Shown here piece after piece: positions 10,548 through 21,194 of a DNA stretch of 64,000 nucleotides (position 1 is the first letter of the stretch; each line of letters opens with the position of its first letter). This DNA is from an uncultured Phycisphaerales bacterium (GTDB lineage: Bacteria; Planctomycetota; Phycisphaerae; Tepidisphaerales; Tepidisphaeraceae), in NCBI GenBank assembly GCA_963755915.1, contig CAVWLP010000002.1, positions 1,568,001 to 1,632,000 of the forward strand, written 5' to 3'. Both the position numbers and the translations under genes were made by a program. Below the pieces are notes generated by a model, which saw nothing but the letters and a program-made list of their open reading frames with translations, did not search any database and had not been told where the DNA came from.

Positions 10548-12360
10548 AGCCCGCCAAGCCAGGGTCACTTTGCGGCGACGCGACGCTGTGAAAAGCGCCG
10601 TCTTTGTGGCCGCAGGTTCGTTGTTTGTTCCCTTCGCGGCGCATGCACAGATTTTTGTCGCCAATTCGCTTAGCGGAACGATTAGTGAATATAGCACGTC
10701 CGGAAGCTTAACCAGCGCGTCGCTGGTCTCCGGTTTGAGCAACCCGTCAAATATCGCGGTCTCCGGGTCGGATTTGTTCGTCACCAACTTTGCCACGGGA
10801 ACGATCGGCGAATACACCACCTCGGGAGGGACTGTCAGCACTTCGCTGATTTCAAGTTTGAATGAACCGGTTGGAATCGCGCTGTCCGGATCGGACCTTT
10901 TCGTGGCGAATTACGGCTCGGGCACCATCGGCGAATACACAACGTCGGGAAGCCCTCTGAGTACTTCGTTGATTACCGGTCTGAGCGACGTCACCGCCCT
11001 TGTCGTATCGGGATCAGACCTGTTCGTCCTGAACAATAACGCGGTAAGTGAATACACGACTTCCGGCACCCAGGTGAGTTCCTCCCTGGCCTCCGGCTTC
11101 GCACACGCGGCGGGGCTCGCCGTATCGGGGTCGGACATATTTGTCACCGACATGTACATGAGCACCGTGGGCGAATTCACCACATCGGGAACGACGGTAA
11201 CCACGTCGCTCATCAACGGCATATATCAACCCTTTGCCATCGCCGCGTCGGGATCGGACTTGTATGTTGTCAGTAACGGCGGCGATACGATCGGCGAGTA
11301 CACGACGTCCGGCTCCGTCGTGCAGGCGCCTCTGGTGTCTGGATTGACCGCGCCGGCGGGCATCGCGGTGGTGGCGTCTGACCCTGATGTGGTGTGGGAT
11401 CCTGCATCCGACAATCCAGTCTGGAACACAACCAGCCAGGATTGGAGCGATGGGGCCGGAGACCTTTACAGCAACGGCTCGAGCGTCGTCTTCAACGACA
11501 GCAACAGCGGGAATTATGCGGTAACGCTCAACACGACGGTCAGCCCCGCATCCGTCACCTTCGACAACAGCTCCGGCAATTACACCGTTACCGGCAGCGG
11601 CAAAATCGCCGACGCCGGCGCCTTCGTCATGGCCGGCAACGATACCGTCACCCTCGGCGTCGCCCTCTCCGCTCCCAGCGTCACCATCAGCAGCGGAACC
11701 GTCAAGCTCGCCTCCGGCGTCTCCGGCGGCACCGGGCCTTCCGTTAACAGCGCCATTGATCTCGGCTCCCTCACCATCAGCGGCAATGGCACGCTCGATA
11801 TCAATAACGACCACATCATCATCTCTTACGGCGCCAGCGATCCGATGTCGACTATCATTGGATACCTCCAATCCGGCTACAACAACGGAAACTGGAACGG
11901 GCCGGGCATCATCTCCTCCGAAGCCCGAACGCCCACCAACGGCCATGCCTACGGCATCGGATTCGCCGATGGCGCTGACAACGTTGTTAAGGGATTGTCC
12001 TCCGGACAAATTGAAGTCGCCTACACCCTGCTGGGCGATGCCAATCTTGACGGAGCGGTCAACGGCAGCGATTTCAGCATCCTTGCCGCCAACTTCGGTC
12101 TGGGCCACACCAACTGGGACCAGGGCAACTTCCTCTTCGGAAGCTCGGTCAACGGCAGTGACTTCAGCGCCCTGGCGGCCAATTTCGGACAGGGCGACAA
12201 CGGCGCCGCCGTCACCGTCACTCCGGCCGACTATGCCGCACTCGACGCCTTCGCCGCTGCTAACGGGCTGCTCGCTGATGTCCCCGAACCGGGATCCATC
12301 GCAATGCTTCTGATGACAGGGTTGGGTTTGTTCCGCCGGATCCGCCGATCCCGAGATTAA
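10531..12360 (+). CDS. PEP-CTERM surface protein 3 (six ~41-aa NHL-like beta-propeller repeats + the same stalk/dockerin as protein 1)
   Basis: Six SGSDLFV...GTIGEYTTSG repeats; C-terminal VPEPGSIAMLLMTGLGLFRRIRR. Confidence 0.9.
   Translation: MCSKGKARQARVTLRRRDAVKSAVFVAAGSLFVPFAAHAQIFVANSLSGTISEYSTSGSLTSASLVSGLSNPSNIAVSGSDLFVTNFATGTIGEYTTSGGTVSTSLISSLNEPVGIALSGSDLFVANYGSGTIGEYTTSGSPLSTSLITGLSDVTALVVSGSDLFVLNNNAVSEYTTSGTQVSSSLASGFAHAAGLAVSGSDIFVTDMYMSTVGEFTTSGTTVTTSLINGIYQPFAIAASGSDLYVVSNGGDTIGEYTTSGSVVQAPLVSGLTAPAGIAVVASDPDVVWDPASDNPVWNTTSQDWSDGAGDLYSNGSSVVFNDSNSGNYAVTLNTTVSPASVTFDNSSGNYTVTGSGKIADAGAFVMAGNDTVTLGVALSAPSVTISSGTVKLASGVSGGTGPSVNSAIDLGSLTISGNGTLDINNDHIIISYGASDPMSTIIGYLQSGYNNGNWNGPGIISSEARTPTNGHAYGIGFADGADNVVKGLSSGQIEVAYTLLGDANLDGAVNGSDFSILAANFGLGHTNWDQGNFLFGSSVNGSDFSALAANFGQGDNGAAVTVTPADYAALDAFAAANGLLADVPEPGSIAMLLMTGLGLFRRIRRSRD
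11488..12275. repeat. ~788-bp direct repeat copy 2
   Basis: Matches 6741..7528. Confidence 0.95.
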
Positions 12361-12383
12361 TCATTCAATTCGCGAAATAGACT

Positions 12384-13328
12384 TCAGTATCCAGCCTTCT
12401 TGTCGACCAGACCGAGAAGCGCCTCGTGGTTTCGGTAGCGTTGCAGGTTCTCCGCAAATAATTCGTTGCAGCGGCGGCCTTCCTCTTCCGAGTTGGCAGA
12501 CCATTGCGACATGATGAGGTTTTCCATTGACCAGGCCGGGGAATCGGCCGGCGGCGCGGTGGGGAACTGCAAATCCGCACCGGCGATTGTGCCATTCATC
12601 AGCGCAGCGATGACTGCCGCTTCGTCCACAAGGGCGGGCCGGCCCGAAATGTCGATGAACCACGCCGACGGTTTCATCATCTCGAGCTGCGGCGCCCCGA
12701 TCAGCCCGCGCGTCCGTGGGGTCAACGGAAGCGCCAGCACGACAAAATCGGAACGCCCGAGCAGTTGGGGAAGCTGTTCCATCGAAAGCAATTCATCAGC
12801 GGGCGCGGGATTTGGGCGGGGGTTTCGCGCCAGCGCGATAATGCGCATTCCAAGCGGTCTGGCCAGTTTGGCGAGGGTCGCTCCGATGTTGCCGAACCCG
12901 ATGATGCCGAGCGTTTTTCCCTGGAGCTCTCGAGGCAAGCGCCAGTCGTGGGTTTTCCGGGATCGCTGCCACCAGTAGTCGATAAGCCGCGAGTTGACGG
13001 CAAGCATCGAAGCCAGCGCGTGCTGCGCTCCAGGCATGGCGAAGCACTCTTTAACGCAGGTCAGGGGGATCGGGCTTTCGATGAATTCGGGAAAGAGAAT
13101 ATTCTCGACGCCGCCCATCATCGCATGCACCCAGCGGATGTTTCGCGCCGCTTGGAAAAGCTCGGCGTCGAATCGCGCAACGCAAAGGACTTCGGCTTCA
13201 GGTGCGCGGCGCAGCGCCGATTCGCGATCGTATGCCTTGATGATCTCGAATCCGGGAACGGCCTGCGCCAGCTCGGCCAGGCCCTCAAGGTCCGTAACGA
13301 TTACAACTGGGATTGTTTTTCCACTCAT
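12384..13328 (-). CDS. D-2-hydroxyacid dehydrogenase family protein
   Basis: GIIGFGNIG, SDFVVLALPLTPRTRGLIG, MKPSA; the canonical RG and PH motifs are altered (ISGRP, SQW). Confidence 0.85.
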   Translation of the reverse strand: MSGKTIPVVIVTDLEGLAELAQAVPGFEIIKAYDRESALRRAPEAEVLCVARFDAELFQAARNIRWVHAMMGGVENILFPEFIESPIPLTCVKECFAMPGAQHALASMLAVNSRLIDYWWQRSRKTHDWRLPRELQGKTLGIIGFGNIGATLAKLARPLGMRIIALARNPRPNPAPADELLSMEQLPQLLGRSDFVVLALPLTPRTRGLIGAPQLEMMKPSAWFIDISGRPALVDEAAVIAALMNGTIAGADLQFPTAPPADSPAWSMENLIMSQWSANSEEEGRRCNELFAENLQRYRNHEALLGLVDKKAGY

Positions 13329-14494
13329 CGCTCAAATCCTTCAGCGGCCAATGCTTCAACTCGCGCGATCGCGTCATGATTCAACTGTCCCACTCCCAGA
13401 CCCGCCTGCTGCGGAAGCGAAACGTATCCACCATTCAGCACAAGCGGGCTGGAAATGATCTGCTGGTTGTTGATTCGAACCAGTTCGCCATGCCGGCGTG
13501 TGTCACGAAATAGGCTCGGAGCTGGATACTCCATCATGATTCCGCACGCCACGGTGGCCAGCACATGAACGTGTGCCGCCAGCGCTAATGCCGACCAGGG
13601 GCTGTGGGGCACGCAGAAGATGCCAAGCTCATTGGCGCGCCTCGCCACCCGCAATAGTTGCGAGACCCCGATTCGATAAGCATCGGGCTGGATAACATCA
13701 ACGGCATGGCGATCCAAAAAGCGATCGAACTCATAGCCATGGCAAAGCATTTCACCGCTGGCCATCAGCGTGCGGGAATTTCGCGTCAGCTCGGCATGGC
13801 CCTCGTAATCGTGTGGAGGCAACGGTTCTTCGAGAAAGTAGACGTCGTATTTTTCCAGGAGCGCGGCGATTTTCGCGGCACTCTTCGAGGATACGCCGGG
13901 GCCGAAAAATGCCGGGCAGCCGAAATCGACCATCAGGCGGACCCTAGGGCCGATTGCCTCGCGGATTGCCGCCAATCGCTCTTCATCTTCCGCCGCGAAG
14001 TGATTGCCCCAGCCAAATTTTATTGCGTGGAACCCGGCGGCAACGCATTCGCGGCTCTCGGAGGCAAGACGCTGCGGAGATTTCAGCGGCGGTTCGATGC
14101 CGGGTTTGTAATCGGTGAGGTCAAACGCGGTTCCGCTGGCGTAGACCATCACGTTCTCCTGAACAGCTCCGCCAAACAGCTTGTAAAGCGGTACGCCGCG
14201 CACTTTACCCAGGAGATCCCAGATCGCCATATCCAGAGCACCGGCAGCATATACAACCAGGCCGCCCTGCCACTGCGTCGCCTCGACCAGATCGGCCCAG
14301 ATGCGGGCGACATCTTCGGGTGATCGGTGCGCGACGATGTCAGCCAGCCGCCATGGATAATTCTCGATGATCGGCCGGATCACTGAAACGGGCGCCTCGC
14401 AACCCCCGATGCCGACATGGCCGTCGTCGGATTTGACCTCGACGAGCGTCATTGGAAGTTTCTGACCCAGGATTCTGATGCTGCTGATCTTCAT
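13325..14494 (-). CDS. Mandelate racemase/muconate lactonizing enzyme family (probable acid-sugar dehydratase)
   Basis: ALDMAIWDLLGK, LMVD, FLEEP, ASGE, IQPD, VPHS. Confidence 0.9.
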   Translation of the reverse strand: MKISSIRILGQKLPMTLVEVKSDDGHVGIGGCEAPVSVIRPIIENYPWRLADIVAHRSPEDVARIWADLVEATQWQGGLVVYAAGALDMAIWDLLGKVRGVPLYKLFGGAVQENVMVYASGTAFDLTDYKPGIEPPLKSPQRLASESRECVAAGFHAIKFGWGNHFAAEDEERLAAIREAIGPRVRLMVDFGCPAFFGPGVSSKSAAKIAALLEKYDVYFLEEPLPPHDYEGHAELTRNSRTLMASGEMLCHGYEFDRFLDRHAVDVIQPDAYRIGVSQLLRVARRANELGIFCVPHSPWSALALAAHVHVLATVACGIMMEYPAPSLFRDTRRHGELVRINNQQIISSPLVLNGGYVSLPQQAGLGVGQLNHDAIARVEALAAEGFER

Positions 14495-14527
14495 CGATTA
14501 TGCTATGAAAAAGGAAATAGTGAGGCC

Positions 14528-15583
14528 CTAGCGCAATGAGATTTCACTGATACGATTGGTGCGATTTTCGTTGGAATCGGGCTCCCCACCGATCAGCCAC
14601 CAGGTGTCGTTGGAAACCTTGATCAGCGGCGCGCAACTGGCCTGGATAACCGTTCGGCCGATGAGCGATGCGCCAAGCGTACGGAGGTCGAGCAGCCAGA
14701 CTTCATCGTGTATATGGCCGTCGGCGCGTCCTGTAAGCAAAATGTGATGGGTGTCGATTGGATCGGCGCTCCAGCAATAGCCGTCGATGGGAAGGGTACC
14801 CAAAACAGACCAATGACCTGTTTTGGGGTCATAGCGGAGGGCATCACTGAGAGTCCGGTCGTGGACGCTTCCGGTTCCATCAGCCAATCCACCGAGGACG
14901 TAGATAGAGCCGCCGCACACGACGACGCCCGGATAGGCGCGGCCAGCGCCAGGGAGCGGCGTTGATTCAGTCCACTTCGAATCTTTGGAGGATAGATCGA
15001 GGGACCAGACTCGGTTCGTTGCCGTCCGACCGTCGAGCTGGCCGCAGATCACGTAGAACTTTCCGTCGGCGATGGCTCCATCACAGGCACTGATCGCGAC
15101 GGGAAAATCGGGCAATCTGCGAACTTCCAGATTTCCATCGACGGATGTGAGATAGCAGGCGACCTTGGTGGCGGTGTCCGGAGCGCTCAGACCACCCGCA
15201 AGATACAGGCCGGTATCGTCCTGGGCGAAGGCGCCTTCGGCCAAGCCCGTGGGAAGATCCGGACCGTTTGACCACGCATCTTTTTCGAAAACCTCCGTGC
15301 CTTTTAGGAAGCTTTTTATAGTGCGCTGCGCGTTCCAGGAAGTCCCCCCTGCTACGATGACTTTTCCAGCCACCAAGCCACCGGCGTGACTGCCGCGGCC
15401 GATTTGAATCGGCGGACCTTCGACTACCTGGGCCGTCCACTCGGAATTCTGCAAGTCGATCTGAACGGCCTTTATTGATTTGCTGTTCAACTCGTTGAAT
15501 AGTAACCCCATAGCAACTCCTACCGCCAGTGTCGAAACCGAACACCGCTCAACGGCCCGAACTATGAAACTATTTCGAATCAT
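14528..15583 (-). CDS. Secreted Kelch-repeat protein (NanM-like fold)
   Basis: Repeated VAGG/LAGG/VLGG/LIGG and W motifs of Kelch blades; RBS gggagga before ATG 15583; hydrophobic N-terminus. Confidence 0.8.
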   Translation of the reverse strand: MIRNSFIVRAVERCSVSTLAVGVAMGLLFNELNSKSIKAVQIDLQNSEWTAQVVEGPPIQIGRGSHAGGLVAGKVIVAGGTSWNAQRTIKSFLKGTEVFEKDAWSNGPDLPTGLAEGAFAQDDTGLYLAGGLSAPDTATKVACYLTSVDGNLEVRRLPDFPVAISACDGAIADGKFYVICGQLDGRTATNRVWSLDLSSKDSKWTESTPLPGAGRAYPGVVVCGGSIYVLGGLADGTGSVHDRTLSDALRYDPKTGHWSVLGTLPIDGYCWSADPIDTHHILLTGRADGHIHDEVWLLDLRTLGASLIGRTVIQASCAPLIKVSNDTWWLIGGEPDSNENRTNRISEISLR

Positions 15584-15693
15584 TGGGTGTTCCTCCCAAT
15601 CAGACCCTTTCCGGAGAATGAGGAAGCTCGATTTTTTCCCGTGCGAATGATCAGAACGAGGCGCGACAAAAGCGCGACAAAACACGTTCAATG

Positions 15694-16794
15694 TCACCCG
15701 TCTTCGCGCGACGCCGGCCCGGTTAAATGCATGAAAGCTTCCTCCAGATTTGCTTCGAGCTCGGCAAACCTGGCAACCCTGATGCCGGCCTCGATTAAAA
15801 GACGCAGCGCGGTTTCCAATTGAGCGTCGTCGGCATCCACCTCGTATCGGAGCGTCTTGGCGCCACTGGCGGCAGTGTCATTGGCGCGCATGGGCCTCCA
15901 ATTGCCGGGTGCATCGCGAAGAACGCGCTGCGCGCCGGCGCAATCTCCGGCCACCTTGATTTCCATCAACCGTGTCGGCCGAACCTGGCGCAGAACGTCG
16001 CGCACGGTTCCGGACGCGACCATCTTTCCGCCAACAAGGATTCCAATTCCGTCGCAGACATCCGCGAGCTCGGGAAGAATATGGCTGCTGACCAGAACGG
16101 CCTTACCGACCTTGGCCAGTTCTCTCAGTAGCTGGCGCATCTGCACGCGCGCCCTGGGATCGATCGTCGCGGCGGGTTCGTCGAGAATTAAAATGGCCGG
16201 GTCGTGAAGCAGCGTTTTTGCGATTCCCACGCGCTGCTTCATCCCGCGCGACAATCCACCCATGTCTTTATCGCGGAATTCCGCAGCGTTGGCGATGCTC
16301 AGACAATAACCAATCCGGTCAATGCGGGCCTTTCGCGGGATACGATACGCCGCGGCAAAAAAATCCAGATATTCCTGAACGGTGAGCTGGGGATAAATGC
16401 CAAAATTGTCCGGTAGATAGCCAACGAGCCGCTTGATTCGATCTCGATTGCCGGTGACGTCCTTCCCGTCGATCATGGCGACGCCACTGGTCGGCTGGAG
16501 GAGCCCGGAAAGTATCCGAAAGGTAGTGGTCTTTCCGGCGCCGTTGGGACCGATATATCCGAAGACCTCGCCCGCTTTGACCGTCAGATTCAAGTCGCGA
16601 AGAGCATAGTGTTCGCCATATTTCTTGGTCAGACCGCGCGTGATGAGGATTGGCTGCGGCGCGGGCGCCGATGCGTCGACTTCCGGCTTGGGTTCAGTTC
16701 GCGGCGGTTGTCCGGGCTTTGGCATGGACAAGTCCCTGCCAGCCTCAATTGCCAATGGATTCCGTTGCATGGCTTCCCTTTGGACGCTGTTCAT
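15694..16794 (-). CDS. ABC transporter ATP-binding protein (ABC-2 exporter type)
   Basis: GPNGAGKTT, LSRGMKQR, ILDEP, SSH. Confidence 0.95.
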   Translation of the reverse strand: MNSVQREAMQRNPLAIEAGRDLSMPKPGQPPRTEPKPEVDASAPAPQPILITRGLTKKYGEHYALRDLNLTVKAGEVFGYIGPNGAGKTTTFRILSGLLQPTSGVAMIDGKDVTGNRDRIKRLVGYLPDNFGIYPQLTVQEYLDFFAAAYRIPRKARIDRIGYCLSIANAAEFRDKDMGGLSRGMKQRVGIAKTLLHDPAILILDEPAATIDPRARVQMRQLLRELAKVGKAVLVSSHILPELADVCDGIGILVGGKMVASGTVRDVLRQVRPTRLMEIKVAGDCAGAQRVLRDAPGNWRPMRANDTAASGAKTLRYEVDADDAQLETALRLLIEAGIRVARFAELEANLEEAFMHLTGPASREDG

Positions 16795-17732
16795 TTGGTG
16801 GCGTGAAGCTTTCGCGCTTTGGGTGACTTTCGATAAGTGTCTCCATCACCCGAATCCTGCAGCAACTCGCGCACGACCGGCTCGTCCAAAACTTGAGCGA
16901 TTTGCGCTTCGGTCAGACTTGCGAACGGAGCGGGCATAAAATTTCCCGGGATCTCCCGAGCATTGGCAAGCAGCGTAAAGGTCGGAAAGACTCCATATTT
17001 ATGCAGGACGGCCAAAAGCGCGGACAACCGTTTTTGCGCGGCAGCCGCCGCAACCCAATCCTCAGCCTCGGCCGCCGTCTTGATCGCTTTGACCCACGAC
17101 GGGGCGAGTGAAAATACTCCATCCAAATGTTCGCGAATCCCATGCCGAAGGAGCAAGTCGACCAGGTGAGCCTGGGCAACCACCACCCTGAAATCCGACG
17201 GTACGGAATCAATCAGTTGCCGAGTGAGCGAAGAATCTCCCGAGCACTTGATCCCACCAATCTTGGGATGCGTGGCGAGTTCGCGGACGGTATCGAGTTC
17301 GAGCCCGGTTTTCGTAAGCACGGGCAGGTCGTAAAGGAAAACGGGATTTCGCGAACGGTCGGCGAGGGATTTAAAATAGGCGATCAGTTCCGCCTGGCTG
17401 AAGCGAAAGAAGTAAGGAGTAAGCACGACAACAGCGTCGACTTTACGCTCGTTGAGAAACTGAATTCGCTCGAGGGTTCGGCTTTGGCCGGTGTCACCGA
17501 CGCCGACCATCACCTCGCCTCGCCCGCGGGAAAACTCGATGCAATGGTCTACCAGCGAACGATAGGTGGCGTCGGTCAGCATTTGCATGGCGCCCATCGT
17601 TCCGCCGACCAGAACGCCGGTCATTCCGCCAGTCCATTGGTCTGCCAAATGTGCTTCGAGGCCTTCAATGTGCAGGGATTCCCCGTCAGTAAGCGGAGTC
17701 CCTATTGCGGCAATTAGTGATATTTCATCCAT
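16791..17732 (-). CDS. DHDPS/N-acetylneuraminate lyase family aldolase (paralog 1)
   Basis: AIGTP, GGTMG, LTPYF, LYDLP, GIKCS Schiff-base lysine. Confidence 0.88.
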   Translation of the reverse strand: MDEISLIAAIGTPLTDGESLHIEGLEAHLADQWTGGMTGVLVGGTMGAMQMLTDATYRSLVDHCIEFSRGRGEVMVGVGDTGQSRTLERIQFLNERKVDAVVVLTPYFFRFSQAELIAYFKSLADRSRNPVFLYDLPVLTKTGLELDTVRELATHPKIGGIKCSGDSSLTRQLIDSVPSDFRVVVAQAHLVDLLLRHGIREHLDGVFSLAPSWVKAIKTAAEAEDWVAAAAAQKRLSALLAVLHKYGVFPTFTLLANAREIPGNFMPAPFASLTEAQIAQVLDEPVVRELLQDSGDGDTYRKSPKARKLHATK

Positions 17733-17833
17733 TTATGCCATTATCCCAGAAGGCAGACCATTGTACCAACCCTTTGTCAAATTCAGTCAAAAAAGGTGCT
17801 TGAAGTTTGTCTGAATGTCTTTGAATGATTACG

Positions 17834-17859
17834 TTGACAATTCTTTCATTAATTGTCAA
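17834..17859. promoter_or_regulatory. Palindromic operator candidate TTGACAA-N12-TTGTCAA
   Basis: TTGACAATTCTTTCATTAATTGTCAA in the divergent aldolase/pilin intergenic region; same geometry at 31969..31994. Confidence 0.65.
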
Positions 17860-17945
17860 GATAAATCCGTTGTTTCGGGTACGGGTCGGCATAGGTGACC
17901 CCGATTGTTGTGAGTCGGGTCTATTTTTCTGCGGTGAGGTGGCAC

Positions 17946-18707
17946 ATGCCGGGCATCACACACAAGCGACCGATGTCAGCGGGGTTTACGTTGGTTGAGC
18001 TGTTGGTTGTTATCGGGATCATTGCCATCCTGATCGGAGTGCTGCTTCCCGTGATCAGCCGGGCGCGAGACGCCGCGCTGACGACACAGTGCGCAAGCAA
18101 TCTGCGCCAGGACGGTATCGCTGTGAATCAATACCTGAGCGACTACCACGGATTTTTGCCGCCCTACATGCAAGCCGGCACTTTTCCGCTTCCCCAGCCG
18201 CCTTATATTTTCCAATATCTCCCGGCGCTTTACCAGACACCGAATGCGAATACCTGGGTGTGTCCTTCGGATAACTTTCAATTGGCGCTCGGTACCTCCG
18301 GAGAAGTGGGCCCCGAACGCGGGCCCTATCCCGAGGTGAACGATCAGGCGACAGATATTTATTACAGCTATGCACAGAATGGGTGCGAGCCGATGGGACA
18401 CGGATATGTCTATCCAGGAATGAATTCATATCTCAATCCGGGGCTCGGTATGAAAGTGCGTCAGTCGGGAGATTTTATGTTCCTGTTTGAGACCGGCCAG
18501 GACGGACTTCAGGTGTACTCTCAGCCGACGAATTACTTTCGCTTTAATCACCTGCACAACACCGCAATGAATGTCCTGTTCATGGATGGACATGTTGACA
18601 CAAGAACTGCCAACCAGATGCTTCCCAGCGCCACAAATCCATGGACGGCAGACCTGCGGGCCCTGTGGTTCGGACAGGCTGATGCAATTTCGCAATTGAC
18701 GTTCTAG
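17946..18707 (+). CDS. Prepilin-type N-terminal cleavage/methylation protein with H-X9-DG motif (DUF1559-like), paralog 1
   Basis: [47 protein letters not shown]. Confidence 0.9.
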   Translation: MPGITHKRPMSAGFTLVELLVVIGIIAILIGVLLPVISRARDAALTTQCASNLRQDGIAVNQYLSDYHGFLPPYMQAGTFPLPQPPYIFQYLPALYQTPNANTWVCPSDNFQLALGTSGEVGPERGPYPEVNDQATDIYYSYAQNGCEPMGHGYVYPGMNSYLNPGLGMKVRQSGDFMFLFETGQDGLQVYSQPTNYFRFNHLHNTAMNVLFMDGHVDTRTANQMLPSATNPWTADLRALWFGQADAISQLTF

Positions 18708-18715
18708 ATGGGTTC

Positions 18716-19750
18716 TAGAGCATTTTCACGTGGCCTCTAGCGCCAGCGGCAAGGATGCGATAAGTTGAATGCCGACAGGAGGTCGTCGGCATGGAAGCGT
18801 ATTCTTTGGATCTTCGTAAGCGAGTTCTGGCCGCGTGCGATGCGGGCCAGCCCACCAAAAAAGTCGCGGAGCAATTCGAGGTGTCGCCGGCCTGGGTGCG
18901 ACGTTTAAAACAACGTCGCCGGGAAGACGGCAGCATCGAGCCGCGGCCCATCCCGGGCGCCAAACCCAAGCTGGATCAGGCCGCTCGCGATTGGCTGCTG
19001 GAGAAGGTGCGTTGTCAGCCCGATGCGACGTTGGAGGAACTGAGACACCGGCTCAAAACGGAATTGGGGATCGGCATCAGCATCGGCGCGTTGTGGATGG
19101 CGCTGCGGAAGCAGAAGTTCTCTTTTAAAAAAAGTCGGTCCACGCCGCCGAACAGGAGCGGCCCGACGTCCAGGCGCAGCGGGCAGTCTGGTTCGAGCAG
19201 TTGAAGGACATACCGCTGAAAAACCTTGTGGTGATCGATGAAAGCTGCGCCGTGACCAACATGATGCGGACGCGTGGACGATGCCTCAGGTCCGATCGTC
19301 TGGTCAGCGCCGTGCCGCATGGGCATTGGAAGGTGCTGACCATCATCGCGGCCATGACGCTTCGCGGCGTTCAAACCGCCGTGACCGTCGACGCTCCTTG
19401 CGATGGCGAGATCTTCCGCAACTTTGTCCAGGACGCCCTGGTCCTCACGCTGCGGCCCGGGCAGGTGGTGATCATGGATAATCTGCAATCCCACAAAGTC
19501 AGCGGGATTCGCCAGGCGATCGAGGCCACGGGGGCCCGTCTGCTGTATCTGCCGCCGTACAGTCCCGACTTCAGCCCCATCGAACCGATGTGGTCCAAGG
19601 TGAAGCAGAAGCTTCGTTCACTGGCGGCCCGGACGGTGGAGACATTGGGCCAAGCGGTGGAGGAAGCACTGGCCGCGGTCACCGCCTCCGACTGCGAAGG
19701 TTTCTTCAGGCACACAGGGTATACGCTACATGATAAATGAAAATGCTCTA
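18716..19750 (+). mobile_element. Complete IS630-family element
   Basis: Terminal IRs TAGAGCATTTTCA / TGAAAATGCTCTA with TA target dinucleotide; split transposase. Confidence 0.92.
18791..19740 (+). CDS. IS630 transposase (HTH ORF 18791..19204 + DDE ORF ..19740, joined at an A7 slippery site near 19130)
   Basis: YSLDLRKRV HTH; IDES, MDNLQSHK, LPPYSPDFSPIEPMWSK. Confidence 0.92.
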
Positions 19751-20908
19751 ATCGCGCGGACTGGACTTTGTCGGCAGAGTGCGAACGGATTCTCCTTCGA
19801 CGAGCTTTCCCTGAATAAACAGAGGCTCGGCGGGCACGATCTGATTGTCCACAAATTCCGTGATAATACGTGCCAACGCCTGCCCGATGCCGTCCGCATC
19901 AGGCACATAGCTGGTGATCGATACCGAGCCGGATAAATGCTGCACGTTCTGACCATAGCCAACGAGGGACAGATCTTCGGGGATCTTCAGACCGAGTTGG
20001 TTGGCGGCGCCCATCGTTGCCTGACAGACCCGCCAGTTCTCTGCAAAGATCACAGTCGGGCGCGTACGGCTGGACAGAATCTCGGTGATCATTTGCGGCA
20101 AAGATTCTCCAGCATAGGCGTGGAAGAATAGGTGGCGGTTGATTGGCAGGCCGAGCGAGGCAAAAGCTTCTCGATACCCGGCGGCAAAAATGCCGATCGC
20201 TTCCTGATCGATGGCGGCGCTGCACACCATCGCAATTTCCCGGTGTCCTCGATCCAGCAGATATCTCACCGATTCGCGGCTTACCGCTTTCACATCCTGT
20301 CCCACCCACGGCGCTTTGAGCGGCGAGAATGTGCACGAGCTGACAACAAGAAAATCGGGAGGAACGATCTGGCGATAAGCCTCGAAACAGTTCCCAATGG
20401 CGCAAATGCCTCTGATGCGCACCTGGTGGATGATTCGCCGCAGACGTGCCTGGTCCTCCTGAGGATTTTCGCCCAGACTCAGAATCTGCACGCCGAAGCT
20501 CTGTTTCGCCAGTGAGCGTTCGATGAATCGCAGCATTGTCGCGAAAGCATAGTCTTCATCGAGGTGAGTGGTTTGGGCGTTGGAGCAGACGACGAGAATT
20601 GTTCCGCGGGACAATCGCGATTCTGCCATCGAATCGACGATGCGATTAACAAACGTGCCGCGAGCGCGCTTGCGAGAGATATACCCGTCGCGTTCCAGGA
20701 CGGCCAAAGCCTGACGGACCGTCGAACGGCTCAGATGATGCAGATCGACAAGCTCCGTTTCGGTTCCCAGGAGGTCGCCCGGCTTAAGACCGCGTTCAGC
20801 GATATCGCTCAGGAGCTTTTGAGCCAATTCCAGGTATTTTGGCGCAAAATTGCGCTGATCAATCCGCAGGAGCGACTGACCGTCATCTATGCTCAATTGA
20901 TCTACCAT
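19748..20908 (-). CDS. GntR wHTH + LacI-type sensor domain transcriptional regulator (A)
   Basis: LGTETEL...SRSTVRQALAVLERDGYISRKRARGTFV; C-terminal GLKIPEDLSLVGY. Confidence 0.9.
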   Translation of the reverse strand: MVDQLSIDDGQSLLRIDQRNFAPKYLELAQKLLSDIAERGLKPGDLLGTETELVDLHHLSRSTVRQALAVLERDGYISRKRARGTFVNRIVDSMAESRLSRGTILVVCSNAQTTHLDEDYAFATMLRFIERSLAKQSFGVQILSLGENPQEDQARLRRIIHQVRIRGICAIGNCFEAYRQIVPPDFLVVSSCTFSPLKAPWVGQDVKAVSRESVRYLLDRGHREIAMVCSAAIDQEAIGIFAAGYREAFASLGLPINRHLFFHAYAGESLPQMITEILSSRTRPTVIFAENWRVCQATMGAANQLGLKIPEDLSLVGYGQNVQHLSGSVSITSYVPDADGIGQALARIITEFVDNQIVPAEPLFIQGKLVEGESVRTLPTKSSPRD

Positions 20909-21079
20909 GACTCCCTATTGATACGCTTAGTCACGCCTTTGATATCAAATCATCCGCTTCGGCCATACTATACCATCGGTCAGGAATATATGAATCTGGT
21001 CTTGCCACCAAATTTGTCTGATCGAAACACCTTTTACCAATCGGTGCAACGGGTGGATATGGAACCGGTCTTATTTTGC

Positions 21080-21121
21080 TTGAATCCTATTATATCTATT
21101 AGTATCATGATTAGTACAAAT
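21080..21121 (+). promoter_or_regulatory. Candidate sigma70 promoter and operator upstream of the PhyH gene
   Basis: TTGAAT-17 bp-TATCAT; AGTATCATGATTAGTACAAAT overlaps the -10. Confidence 0.5.
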
Positions 21122-21194
21122 AGGCCGATCTCGATCTTTTGAACAAAACTCGCTTTCAGTCAAATATACCCATTTTACCGGAGAGTTCAGTCCC

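Noticed and set aside
6741-12275. Diversity-generating retroelement TR/VR pair
   Set aside because: Repeat is long and apparently identical, with no adenine-specific mismatches; no reverse transcriptase in the window
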